Of a stretch of 64,000 nt of DNA, positions 9,743 to 19,110 are shown piece after piece. Source of the stretch: an uncultured Clostridia bacterium (GTDB taxonomy: Bacteria > Bacillota > Clostridia > Christensenellales > UBA1242); contig CAKVMI010000003.1 of NCBI GenBank assembly GCA_934772525.1, positions 158,418-222,417 on the forward strand, read 5' to 3'. Position numbers and translations under genes: made by a program. Below the pieces are notes generated by a model. The model saw only the letters and a program-made list of their open reading frames with translations, was not told where the DNA came from and searched no databases. Positions within the stretch are counted from its first letter, which is position 1. Each line of letters starts with the position of its first letter.

Positions 9743-9925
9743 TTAACCATTCTTACGGTTTCTTTTTCTAGCGGCTTCTGACTTCATTTTCTTTTTAACG
9801 CCTGGCTTAACATAAGCTTCCTTCTTACGGATATCTCCGATAATTCCGTCTTTTTGGCATTTTCTCTTAAAACGCTTGATTGCGCTATCTAGAGATTCGT
9901 TTTCACCTAGTTTTACGGTACTCAT
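9743..9925 (-). CDS. rpsU: 30S ribosomal protein S21
   Basis: MSTVKLGENESLDSAIKRFKRKCQKDGI... The ATG at 9925 follows a GGGGTGA RBS. The longer track ORF starts further upstream and is unlikely to be real. Confidence 0.9.
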   Translation of the reverse strand: MSTVKLGENESLDSAIKRFKRKCQKDGIIGDIRKKEAYVKPGVKKKMKSEAARKRNRKNG

Positions 9926-10101
9926 TACTAATTTCACCCCGCTTTTTGTAAAATTCCTGTGATATTTTAACACCTATATAGTAATATTGTCAAGGGTTTA
10001 ACACAAAATTTTCACAAAAAGTAAAAAATAACGCTTGTTAAGTTGGCTTAAAAAATTGAAGACAAACTGAAGTTATTTTTAAAATGCATTAACCCAAAAC
10101 A

Positions 10102-10500
10102 CTAATTTAATCTTAAAAGGTTACAAACTGCATGCAAATCGTCTTGTTTGTAGTTTGCAAATTTTTTATTTTCTGGTAATACGGATGGTAAAATGTGGTA
10201 GTGTAAATGCATTACCGATTGGCCAGAACTTTCGCCATTATTTACGACAATTTGAACGCCGTCAAAACCTAAATTATTTACATAATGCTCGGCAATTTTT
10301 TTGGTATACATTGTAATTAAATTGAGTTTATCTTGTGGGGTTTTTAAAAAGTTTTGAGTATGCTCTTTTAGTACCACCAAAGTATGACCTAAGCAATCTG
10401 CTGAAATATCCAAAAATGCCAAGCAATTTTCATCTTCAAAAACTTTGTAACTTGGGATATCTCCCTTTACGATTTTACAAAAAATACAATCGTTATTCAT
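10102..10500 (-). CDS. HIT-family nucleotide hydrolase
   Basis: CIFCKI N-terminus and histidine triad HLHYHILP. Confidence 0.85.
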   Translation of the reverse strand: MNNDCIFCKIVKGDIPSYKVFEDENCLAFLDISADCLGHTLVVLKEHTQNFLKTPQDKLNLITMYTKKIAEHYVNNLGFDGVQIVVNNGESSGQSVMHLHYHILPSVLPENKKFANYKQDDLHAVCNLLRLN

Positions 10501-11761
10501 AAATTATTTCTCCTTTCATTCCGTCTTTAAATGGTTCTATTAACCTGACATTAACCACTTTGTTTATAAGTGCAATGCAGTCACTTTTTATGTAACACTT
10601 GATGTAACCCTTGGTGTAGCCTTCTAAAAATCCATTTTGGGTAGTTTCTATAAGGACTTCGTCAGTGACGCCTATATTTTCTTTCAAGAACTTATTTTTT
10701 TGTGCGACTTCAAGTTCGGTCATTTTTGCTACCCTGTTCTTTACAATCGAGCCATTAAGTATTCCCCATTTTTCTGCCACCGTGCCATCACGCTTACTAT
10801 ATGGAAAAATGTGCATAAATGCGAAATTGCACTTTTTAACAAAGTCTAAACTATTGTTAAATTCTTCTTCCGTTTCGGTTGGAAAACCAACTATTATGTC
10901 GGTAGATATTGTTGCATTTGGGAAGTAACTACGAATCTTTTCAACCGCTTGCATATATTCTGCCGTTGTATATTTTCGATTCATCTTTTTTAGCGTACTA
11001 TCGTCGCCCGATTGAAGTGCTAAGTGAAAGAATGGACAAAATGCTGGTAACTTTTGAAGTGCGGACAACAATTCGTCTGTAAGGGTTCCCATTTCAAAGG
11101 AAGAAAAACGAAGTCTAACCCCAGGATACATTTTAAATAAATTTACCACATCTACCAGTGTGCATTGTGGGTTTAAATCTTTCCCGAAGCCTGCAATATT
11201 TATGCCAACTAATACGACTTCTAGTGAGTTTTTTGTAACAATATCTAATTCGTTACTAATTGACGAAAGCGTTCTACTACGTTCCCTACCCCTTGTGTAT
11301 GGAATAATGCAATAAGTACAAAAGTTGTTGCAACCGTCTTGAATTTTTATAAACGAGCGAATTCGGTTTCCCGAAATTAAAAAGTTGTCGTTATATTCCC
11401 TTTCTTCGGGGTAATTTGCAAGACCAGTAAAATCACTTAAAATTGCATCCACAATTTTTTCTTTACTGGATGTTCCGAGCACTGCTTTTACATTTGGTCT
11501 ATTTACGTAACTTTCTCTATGCAGTTTACTAGAGCAACCCATAATATAGATTTTTGCGTTGGGATTAATTTTGTTTATCTTTGCAATAATTCCCCTAGAT
11601 TTATGTTCGGCTTCGTTGGTCACTGCACAAGTATTAATAACGTAAACATCAGCAAACTCGAGTGTGGTTGTGGTATCACCATACTCTTTTAGTTTATTTA
11701 TTATCGCTTCACTCTCATAATAATTTACCTTACAACCTAAGGTATAAACGCAAAATTTCAT
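10493..11761 (-). CDS. mtaB: tRNA methylthiotransferase (MtaB-type radical SAM MTTase)
   Basis: Radical SAM CNNFCTYC with an N-terminal MTTase Cys triad. It sits in the conserved rsmE-mtaB context and overlaps the HIT gene by 8 nt. Confidence 0.8.
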   Translation of the reverse strand: MKFCVYTLGCKVNYYESEAIINKLKEYGDTTTTLEFADVYVINTCAVTNEAEHKSRGIIAKINKINPNAKIYIMGCSSKLHRESYVNRPNVKAVLGTSSKEKIVDAILSDFTGLANYPEEREYNDNFLISGNRIRSFIKIQDGCNNFCTYCIIPYTRGRERSRTLSSISNELDIVTKNSLEVVLVGINIAGFGKDLNPQCTLVDVVNLFKMYPGVRLRFSSFEMGTLTDELLSALQKLPAFCPFFHLALQSGDDSTLKKMNRKYTTAEYMQAVEKIRSYFPNATISTDIIVGFPTETEEEFNNSLDFVKKCNFAFMHIFPYSKRDGTVAEKWGILNGSIVKNRVAKMTELEVAQKNKFLKENIGVTDEVLIETTQNGFLEGYTKGYIKCYIKSDCIALINKVVNVRLIEPFKDGMKGEIIYE

Positions 11762-11764
11762 ATC

Positions 11765-12481
11765 CTAAACCTTTAAACTGTCACTAAGTACGCTACAAAC
11801 AAAAAGCCCCGCCGTTTCGGTACGCAAAATTCTTTTACCCAAACTTATACTAGTTGCTCCCGCTTTCAAAATTGTTTCAATTTCCGAACTATCAAAGCCA
11901 CCTTCGGGTCCTACAATAACGCCAACCGACTTTATGCCGTTGTACTCACCTAAAACTTCTTGAATATTTTTGTTGTCTTCACGGGTATTGCAAAGAAGCG
12001 TTACATCAAATTGCTTTAAAATAGCGGGTAATTCCTTTATGGTTATACACTCGCTAATATTTAAAATGGTGCTACGCTTACATTGTTTGCTTGCGGAAAT
12101 TGCAATTTTTTCTAGTCTTGCAAGTTTACCCGTATTTTGTTTTACATCACAATTTTTTAAGTATATTGGGATAAGGGCAGTTGCACCAATTTCGGAGATT
12201 TTTTGGGTAATGAGTTCTAGTTTATCTGCCTTGCACAGTGCTTGAATAAGCGTAATTGAAATTGTAGGGTTTGCGGTGTTTTCGGTCTTTTCTAAAACCT
12301 CAAACGTGGCGGAATTTTTTGACAAACCCGTAATTTTGCAGTGGTAATCAAAATTATCGCCATTAAACCCAATAAATTCATCACCGACATTCATTCTTAA
12401 CACATTTTTTAAGTGGTTAAATTCATCGCCCGAAAGCGTTAATAAATTTAACCCGTCCGAACCCAAAAAAAATCTTCGCAT
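11765..12481 (-). CDS. rsmE: 16S rRNA (uracil1498-N3)-methyltransferase
   Basis: MRRFF N-terminus, GPEGGF and the LGKRILRTETA SPOUT knot motif. Confidence 0.85.
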   Translation of the reverse strand: MRRFFLGSDGLNLLTLSGDEFNHLKNVLRMNVGDEFIGFNGDNFDYHCKITGLSKNSATFEVLEKTENTANPTISITLIQALCKADKLELITQKISEIGATALIPIYLKNCDVKQNTGKLARLEKIAISASKQCKRSTILNISECITIKELPAILKQFDVTLLCNTREDNKNIQEVLGEYNGIKSVGVIVGPEGGFDSSEIETILKAGATSISLGKRILRTETAGLFVCSVLSDSLKV

Positions 12482-12503
12482 ACATCTTTCCTTTTTAATT
12501 TTT

Positions 12504-13601
12504 TTAAACGTTAAACCTAAATACTATTACGTCGCCGTCTTTTACGACATAGTCTTTGCCTTCCATACGAACCTTTCCAGCGTCCTTTGCATTTGCAACA
12601 CTGCCATATTTTACAAGGTCATCATAACTTACAACTTCGGCTTTAATAAAGCCCTTTTCAAAATCTGAATGGATTTTTCCCGCTGCTCCCGGAGCCTTGG
12701 TGCCGTCTAAAATTGTCCACGCCCTAACTTCTTTTTCGCCCGCAGTTAAATACGAAATTTGACCAAGTAACTTGTAGCCTAGTTTAATAATTCTATTTAG
12801 TCCACTAGTTTTTAAGCCCAAGTCTTCTAAAAATAGTTGGCGGTCGGCTGGGTCTAGTTCGGTTAACTCTTGCTCTACTTTTGCAGAAATCACCAAAACT
12901 TCGCTACCTTCCTTTTTTGCATATTCCTTAACTAAACGAACGTACTCTAGGCTGTCTTCATCCTTTTTTAAATCGGCTTCTGCAATATTGCACGCATAAA
13001 TTACAGGTTTATCTGTAATTAAAAACAATGACTTTACAAACTTTTTGTCGTCATCTGAAAATTGTATTGTTTTAGCGAGTTTCCCATTATTTAGTGCTTC
13101 AATTATTGTATCTACAATTTTTAGTTGGCTTGCACCTTCTTTATCTCCAGCCCTTGCAGACTTTTCAAACCTAACTCTTTGCTTTGTTAGACTTTCAAGG
13201 TCGGATAAAAGAAGTTCGGTGTTTATAACTTCAATATCTCGTATTGGGTCTACCTTACCATCTACATGGATAATGTTTTCATCATCAAAACATCTGACAA
13301 CTTGTACTATTGCGTCACACTCTCTAATAGACGCCAAAAATTGGTTGCCCAAACCTTCGCCCTTACTTGCACCCTTTACAAGACCTGCAATATCTACAAA
13401 CTTTAAACTTGCTGGGGTTATTTTTTGTGTGTTATACATTTTGCCTAAAACGTTTAACCTTTCGTCTGGCACATCTACTATTCCTATATTTGGTTCTATT
13501 GTGCAAAATGGATAGTTTGCACTTTCTGCACCCGCATTTGTAAGTGCGTTAAATAATGTACTTTTTCCTACATTTGGTAATCCTACTAGTCCTAATTCCA
13601 T
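12504..13601 (-). CDS. ychF: ribosome-binding ATPase YchF
   Basis: G1 motif GLPNVGKSTLFNALT, 365 aa, and the typical C-terminal GKDYVVKDGDVIVFRFNV. Confidence 0.9.
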   Translation of the reverse strand: MELGLVGLPNVGKSTLFNALTNAGAESANYPFCTIEPNIGIVDVPDERLNVLGKMYNTQKITPASLKFVDIAGLVKGASKGEGLGNQFLASIRECDAIVQVVRCFDDENIIHVDGKVDPIRDIEVINTELLLSDLESLTKQRVRFEKSARAGDKEGASQLKIVDTIIEALNNGKLAKTIQFSDDDKKFVKSLFLITDKPVIYACNIAEADLKKDEDSLEYVRLVKEYAKKEGSEVLVISAKVEQELTELDPADRQLFLEDLGLKTSGLNRIIKLGYKLLGQISYLTAGEKEVRAWTILDGTKAPGAAGKIHSDFEKGFIKAEVVSYDDLVKYGSVANAKDAGKVRMEGKDYVVKDGDVIVFRFNV

Positions 13602-13829
13602 ATTAATCTCCTAAAAATTTTTCGCTTGCTATTATACTATACTTGAAATTAAAAATAAAGTAAATTTGAATTTTTGTAGTATTTATATGCTTTACAAAGT
13701 GGAAGTTTTGCAAGTTAGACCAACCGATCCAAAAATTTTTTTTAAAAAACAGTTTGAAAACCCACAAATTTTAGTGTAAAATAAATTTGATAAAATTTCA
13801 GACGAAAAAATAAAAAGTTGGAGAATAAT

Positions 13830-14579
13830 ATGGAAATTATAGAAAACAAAATTTGTAATCATTCGTCAAGAATTTTTGTGCCGAAAGACCCAAAAGAAGT
13901 GCTTATTGCCATTCACGGCTTTGCTGGAGATAAAAATAGTTCGGTAATTATTGCAATTGCAAAAAATTTGGTGGCGTTAGGGATTTGCACAATTTCGTTT
14001 GAACTTCCTTGTCACGGAGCCGATGCGTGCAATTCAAATCTTAATTTTTTTGACTGCATAAATAGTGTTGCTGAAATTATAAATTTTGCAGAAAACACAT
14101 ACAAAAATTTGCCAATATCAATATTTGCAACAAGTTTTGGTGCCTTTTTGATTTTAAATTATCTAAAAACTTGCGATAAAAAATTTAAAGCGGTTATTTT
14201 ACGTTCCCCCGCTATAGATATGCCAAACATTTTGGTTAATAAAATTTTACCCAAACACAATCTTAGTTTAATTGACCTTAATAAAACACAGAATTTAGGA
14301 TACGGAAACCCATTATATGTAGATAAAAAATTTATTGTCGACTTGTATTCAAATGCATTAGATAATAGTTTCAGTGAACCAAATAACACATATTTTATTT
14401 TGCAAGGACTAAAAGATGACATTGTAGACCCAAATTATGTATTTGATTTTTGCGAAAAACATTTTAAAAACAGATTTTTTCTTTATAAATTTGAAAACGC
14501 CGACCACCGCTATAAAAATCCTGGCGAGTTGGAACAAATTGTAAACATCACTCGCAATATTTTGACTAGGACTAAATAA
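13830..14579 (+). CDS. alpha/beta hydrolase fold protein
   Basis: HGFAGDKNS oxyanion region, nucleophile elbow ATSFG and a C-terminal DH. The ATG at 13830 follows GGAG; the track start at 13818 is a TTG overlapping the RBS. Confidence 0.6.
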   Translation: MEIIENKICNHSSRIFVPKDPKEVLIAIHGFAGDKNSSVIIAIAKNLVALGICTISFELPCHGADACNSNLNFFDCINSVAEIINFAENTYKNLPISIFATSFGAFLILNYLKTCDKKFKAVILRSPAIDMPNILVNKILPKHNLSLIDLNKTQNLGYGNPLYVDKKFIVDLYSNALDNSFSEPNNTYFILQGLKDDIVDPNYVFDFCEKHFKNRFFLYKFENADHRYKNPGELEQIVNITRNILTRTK

Positions 14580-14619
14580 ACTTTATTTCAATACCATCTT
14601 TTATATAGGAGGTGAAATT

Positions 14620-16173
14620 ATGTTTGAAGTGAGAAATTTATCTATTACTACACTTTCGGGAAGAAAAATTTTAGAAAATGTGAGTTTTTTGGCTAATGAC
14701 GGAGATAACATCGCTATCATTGGAGAAGAAGGCAACGGGAAAACCACACTTCTTCGGGCTATAGTTAATAGAGAATCTCTTTCGGGTTCTTTTATTGTAA
14801 ACGGGACCATAAAGACCGACTCAAATAATATCGGATACTTAGAACAAATTTTAGACCCCGCTTGGAACGACTTAACGGCTTTAGACTACATACTGCAAGA
14901 CACTCCTACTTCCGAACCCAATTACGAGATATATAATGACTTTGGAGATATTGCTCAAATTGTAAGTCAATTTGGTTTAAAGGAAGATTTTTTGGATGGC
15001 GTTCAACCTATTGGCACTTTATCGGGTGGCGAAAAAGTTAAATTACAACTATTAAAATTAATGTATAAAAAGCCAACATTAATATTAATGGACGAACCAA
15101 CAAATGATTTAGATATTTCGACCCTAGAATTTTTGGAAGACTTTATAAACAAAAAAAACTGTCCTATTATATATGTTTCGCACGATGAAACTCTTTTGGA
15201 GCATACAGCAAATCACATTTTGCACTTGGAACAGATTAAAAGAAAAACCGAACCACGAGCAACATTTGCAACCGCCACATACACCGAATATGTAACGGAA
15301 CGGCTTGCATCCATTGAAAAACAAGACCAAATTGCAACACAAGAACAAGCCGAAAGAAAAGAACAACTAAGAATAACCAATGAAATTAAGGGTCGAATTC
15401 AGCAAGCAAACCCTGGGCGAACCAACTCAATGAGAGCAGTTATTGCAAGGGAAGCAAGATGGGAGCGAACAAAGGTAACCGAACATACCGATACCGAAGA
15501 CAGCATAAAAGTAAGATTTTTTAATAAAACAACTCTTCCTAATCAAAAAGTCGTTTTAAATATGTCGCTTCCTGAACTTTCTATAAATGGCAGAGTGCTT
15601 GCAAAAGATATCAAATTGGATATTGTAGGCCCCACAAAAGTTGTAATTGTTGGTAATAACGGCTGTGGCAAAAGCACATTTTTAAAACAAATTGTTAACT
15701 ATTACTCAACAAACGACATTAGCGGAATTAAAGTATCGTATATGCCACAAAATTATGATGATTTTTTAAACCTAAACGAAACTCCTTTAGACTTTTTGTG
15801 TAAAGATGCAGACAAAGAAGAAAAGGAAATGGTTAGAAAAACATTGGGCAGATTAAAATTTACATCCGACGAAATGACCACCGAAATTAAAAGACTTTCT
15901 GGCGGACAAAGAGCAAAAATCTACTTAACTAAAATAATGCTAAGCGATAGCAATGTTTTAATTTTAGACGAACCTACAAGAAACTTAAGCCCTTTATCAA
16001 ACCCTGCCGTTAGAAGTTTATTTTCGTCATACGGTGGAGCCATTATAAGCATATCTCATGATAGAAAATTTATATCCGAAGTTTTTGATGAAGCGTACGA
16101 ATTAACCAAAAATGGACTTAAAAATGCCGATTATTTACTAAAAGAAAACAACAACTCGAGTTTGGAGTCTTAA
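14620..16173 (+). CDS. ABC-F family ATPase, 517 aa with no TM domain
   Basis: Strong AGGAGG RBS. Walker A motifs are GEEGNGKTT and GNNGCGKST; signatures are LSGGEKVK and LSGGQRAK. The interdomain linker is basic and Q/E/R-rich. Confidence 0.85.
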   Translation: MFEVRNLSITTLSGRKILENVSFLANDGDNIAIIGEEGNGKTTLLRAIVNRESLSGSFIVNGTIKTDSNNIGYLEQILDPAWNDLTALDYILQDTPTSEPNYEIYNDFGDIAQIVSQFGLKEDFLDGVQPIGTLSGGEKVKLQLLKLMYKKPTLILMDEPTNDLDISTLEFLEDFINKKNCPIIYVSHDETLLEHTANHILHLEQIKRKTEPRATFATATYTEYVTERLASIEKQDQIATQEQAERKEQLRITNEIKGRIQQANPGRTNSMRAVIAREARWERTKVTEHTDTEDSIKVRFFNKTTLPNQKVVLNMSLPELSINGRVLAKDIKLDIVGPTKVVIVGNNGCGKSTFLKQIVNYYSTNDISGIKVSYMPQNYDDFLNLNETPLDFLCKDADKEEKEMVRKTLGRLKFTSDEMTTEIKRLSGGQRAKIYLTKIMLSDSNVLILDEPTRNLSPLSNPAVRSLFSSYGGAIISISHDRKFISEVFDEAYELTKNGLKNADYLLKENNNSSLES

Positions 16174-16185
16174 TGAAAAAGTGAA

Positions 16186-16227
16186 CCGATAAATAAATAT
16201 AATTGGTTCACTTTTTTTAATTTACCG
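16186..16227. terminator. bidirectional terminator between the ABC-F gene and ybaK
   Basis: AAGTGAACC...GGTTCACTT stem flanked by an A-run and a T-run. Confidence 0.6.
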
Positions 16228-16291
16228 ATTGCGATTTAATGTAAAATGTATTATTGTATTCGTATTATTTTTGTATTTGGATTGGGTGGGG

Positions 16292-16774
16292 TTATTGGTG
16301 AATGGTTAGGTCGGCTAGAGCGAAATTTATTACCTTTTTTAAGTCGCTCAAACTAACTTCCACTTGGTACCCTATTTTTCCGCCCGAAAAGATTATAGTA
16401 TCAAAATTTTCGGAAGATGAATCTATAACCGTTTTAAATTGTTTTTTCATACCGATAGGGGAACACCCGCCGTGGATGTAACCAGTTAATGGCAATAAGT
16501 CTTTGCTTTTTAACATTTCAATGCTTTTTTCGGCGACCGCCTTTGCACATTTTTTTAAATCCATTTCGGCATCTACCGGAATTAAAAATACATAGTTTTG
16601 TCCGCTTTTACCGACGGTCACTAGCGTTTTAAAAACTTTTTCGGGGTCTTGACCTAAAACCTTTGCAACGTCGCTTCCGCTAATTGCACCGCTACCGAGG
16701 TAATTATATTGATTATATTTAATTTTCTTTTGGTCTAAAATTCTCATTACATTTGTTTTTTCTTCTGTTTTCAT
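16292..16774 (-). CDS. ybaK: Cys-tRNA(Pro)/Cys-tRNA(Cys) deacylase YbaK
   Basis: 160 aa. TNVMRILDQKKIKY at the N-terminus and the GGCSPIG motif are typical of YbaK/EbsC. Confidence 0.8.
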   Translation of the reverse strand: MKTEEKTNVMRILDQKKIKYNQYNYLGSGAISGSDVAKVLGQDPEKVFKTLVTVGKSGQNYVFLIPVDAEMDLKKCAKAVAEKSIEMLKSKDLLPLTGYIHGGCSPIGMKKQFKTVIDSSSENFDTIIFSGGKIGYQVEVSLSDLKKVINFALADLTIHQ

Positions 16775-16879
16775 TTTGTTTCCTTTATTTTAGTACTAAT
16801 ATGATTATACATACCAAAGTTAATTTTTGCAAATTAAAAACCCGTTTCGTTATTTGAAACGGGAAATTAAAATTAATTT

Positions 16880-17338
16880 TTATCTAGACTTAGTGTCGTA
16901 TAATCGGCTTTTTGGAGTAGATACGGTGTTACCTAATTTACAATTACACTTTTTGTCTGGATTTGTTTCGGGACAATTACACTTTTTAGTGCGGGAAGTT
17001 TTACATCCGCAATTTTTGTTTTGTGCCGTTGTTTTGGTACGATTCCCGAGCTTTGCTGAACAACCTTTAGTTCTGGTGCCTGTACTTAATTTTGCAGAGC
17101 ACGCCTTGGTTTTAGTGCCACAAGCTTTGGTAGATGCACTTATCTTTACACCTACTTTTTGCTTCGCACAACAGTTTTTTGTGCTAGATTTTGTAGTTGA
17201 ACCTGAGCACGCTTTTGTTTTTGTGGAGCAATTTCTAGTTCTTGTAGAACTTGACTTTGCTGAGCACCCACGAGTGCTTACCTTAGCACTACAAGACTTA
17301 ACCTTACTTGAACCACACGCTTTTTGTTTTGTTGCCAT
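16880..17338 (-). CDS. highly basic Cys/Lys/Ser/Thr-rich low-complexity protein (152 aa, 16 Cys)
   Basis: A consensus AGGAGG RBS lies 7 nt before the ATG. It contains repeated K-x-C-S/G-x-K units (KACG, KSCS, RGCS, KACS, KGCS) and C-terminal CGC/CNC/CNC motifs. Confidence 0.6.
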   Translation of the reverse strand: MATKQKACGSSKVKSCSAKVSTRGCSAKSSSTRTRNCSTKTKACSGSTTKSSTKNCCAKQKVGVKISASTKACGTKTKACSAKLSTGTRTKGCSAKLGNRTKTTAQNKNCGCKTSRTKKCNCPETNPDKKCNCKLGNTVSTPKSRLYDTKSR

Positions 17339-17403
17339 AATTTACCTCCTAAAATAAAATATTCTGGCACTACTATTTTGAGAAAATTTGACAAATTTAT
17401 TCA

Positions 17404-19017
17404 TTATTTTACAAAATTTAGTCCTGCACCCTTAACAAACTGAAATGGGTCATAAATTAGAATACATTTATTTTCACAATACTTTTTTAGCGTGGAGATG
17501 ATTTTTGAAGAGTATAAACTTAAACTTTCTTCCATTTTTATATAAACGATTTCGGCGTCCGAAAGAATTGCTCTAGTAATATTTAAAAGCGTAAGTAATA
17601 CTTTATTTTCTATATTACTTGCAAAATCTATTTGGTCTTGTGGAAGAGACTCAATAATTTTTTCAGCACCAAGAGAGTTTAATATTTCAATTATTTTTTC
17701 TTCGTCATTTTGAATGATTTGTAGGTTTTCAATTATGTTATCCTTAAACATTTCGTTTTCGTTTGTAACTGGCATAAACTTTTCTACCAAATTAAGACAA
17801 TCTAACTGTTTGCCGTTTTTTATTAGTTTAAACTTTTCTTGTTTTTCCGCATTGAAAACCCAAGCAAACTTTTTATCTTGAAAAACATATATTTTATTTA
17901 ATTCCAATTCAATTTTTTGGGTGGAAGTATCGTTTAGTATGAAATTCTTTTCACTTGTGATTGTTAAAATAATACTAGGTGGCGAATTGGATTTTGTGTT
18001 AAAAGTGGTATCTTTTTCTGTAGATTTTACGTCTTGAGGGTCGGATAAAGTAACGCTTGTATCCGCCTTTTTGTCTTGGTTTCCACAATTTAAAAATTCA
18101 TTAATTCGCTTTACCTTTTCATCCAGTTCAGATATTTCAATGGTAAAATCAAAGGCGTTTTCGGTGAGTTTTACAAAGGAAGTCGAGTAATCTATAAGCA
18201 CCAAGAATATTGAAAGTGGCAAAACCAGATTGTTAAACTCAAAATAACAGACCATAAAAACAACCGAAAGCATTGTATACCAGTAAATTTGGATAAAATT
18301 ATCCTTTATAGAACGCTTAGAATAAAGAGTATTGTAACTATTTACATACCCCTTTAGTCTTCGCTCTTGCTCTAATAAAACGGGCGAATTTAAGTTGTAT
18401 TTATTGATGACATCGCTCATATTTATTATTTCATCTGTTTTTCGTGCCGTTGCCATTTCGTTTGCTTGCATTATGCTACTACTTTTTTGCTTAGTGTGGT
18501 TGTACATTAGTAAAAGCGAATACCCCACCGCACTCATAATAACTAACATCACCCCAACAACGTAACTATAACAAAAAATTATGACTAGTAGCACAATAAA
18601 CTTTATTAGGCTTGCCGTTCTTAAAATAATGGTATCTAGAAAAGTTGCCACACCAAATATATCACTATTGATACAGTAATCAAGTTTAACATTATCTACT
18701 TTCTTTTCTTTAGTTAATAGCACCGACTCTGACACTTTGCGTTGAAGCGAAATATAAGTGCCAGAAATAAGTCCCGTATAATTAGAATAATTTATGTGCC
18801 ACGCTATATGCTCCATTATTATTAGCCCCAAGTTTATAGCAAGCCAAATAAGTGCAAGTGTAGTGCTATGCACCGACGCATTACTAATAAATGAAGACAG
18901 TGCAATTGGTTCGGTTATTGCACAAACTAAAATAACAACATTTGTTAGCACACTTACTGCCATTAGCCGATTTTCTGTAACAACTAGTTTTTTCCATTCT
19001 TTAAGTGTTTTTATCAT
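17404..19017 (-). CDS. type I ABC exporter homolog with a fully degenerate nucleotide-binding domain
   Basis: 537 aa with a six-helix TMD. The C-terminal domain is collinear with an ABC NBD (MFKDNIIENL, IIESLPQDQID, TRAILSDAEIVYIKMEES) but lacks Walker A, LSGGQ, Walker B DE and the H-loop. Confidence 0.65.
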   Translation of the reverse strand: MIKTLKEWKKLVVTENRLMAVSVLTNVVILVCAITEPIALSSFISNASVHSTTLALIWLAINLGLIIMEHIAWHINYSNYTGLISGTYISLQRKVSESVLLTKEKKVDNVKLDYCINSDIFGVATFLDTIILRTASLIKFIVLLVIIFCYSYVVGVMLVIMSAVGYSLLLMYNHTKQKSSSIMQANEMATARKTDEIINMSDVINKYNLNSPVLLEQERRLKGYVNSYNTLYSKRSIKDNFIQIYWYTMLSVVFMVCYFEFNNLVLPLSIFLVLIDYSTSFVKLTENAFDFTIEISELDEKVKRINEFLNCGNQDKKADTSVTLSDPQDVKSTEKDTTFNTKSNSPPSIILTITSEKNFILNDTSTQKIELELNKIYVFQDKKFAWVFNAEKQEKFKLIKNGKQLDCLNLVEKFMPVTNENEMFKDNIIENLQIIQNDEEKIIEILNSLGAEKIIESLPQDQIDFASNIENKVLLTLLNITRAILSDAEIVYIKMEESLSLYSSKIISTLKKYCENKCILIYDPFQFVKGAGLNFVK

Positions 19018-19110
19018 AAATCTCCACCAAATTTAAGTTGTAAATATATCATTATTATGTTATAATCACTTAAAAATAATCAATATTTGAATTGATTTTA
19101 GGAGAAATAT

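Noticed and set aside
16827-17357. 176-aa plus-strand ORF overlapping the Cys-rich gene.
   Set aside because: It is the antisense shadow of a low-complexity repeat gene. The minus-strand ORF has a perfect AGGAGG RBS and ATG; the plus-strand one has neither.
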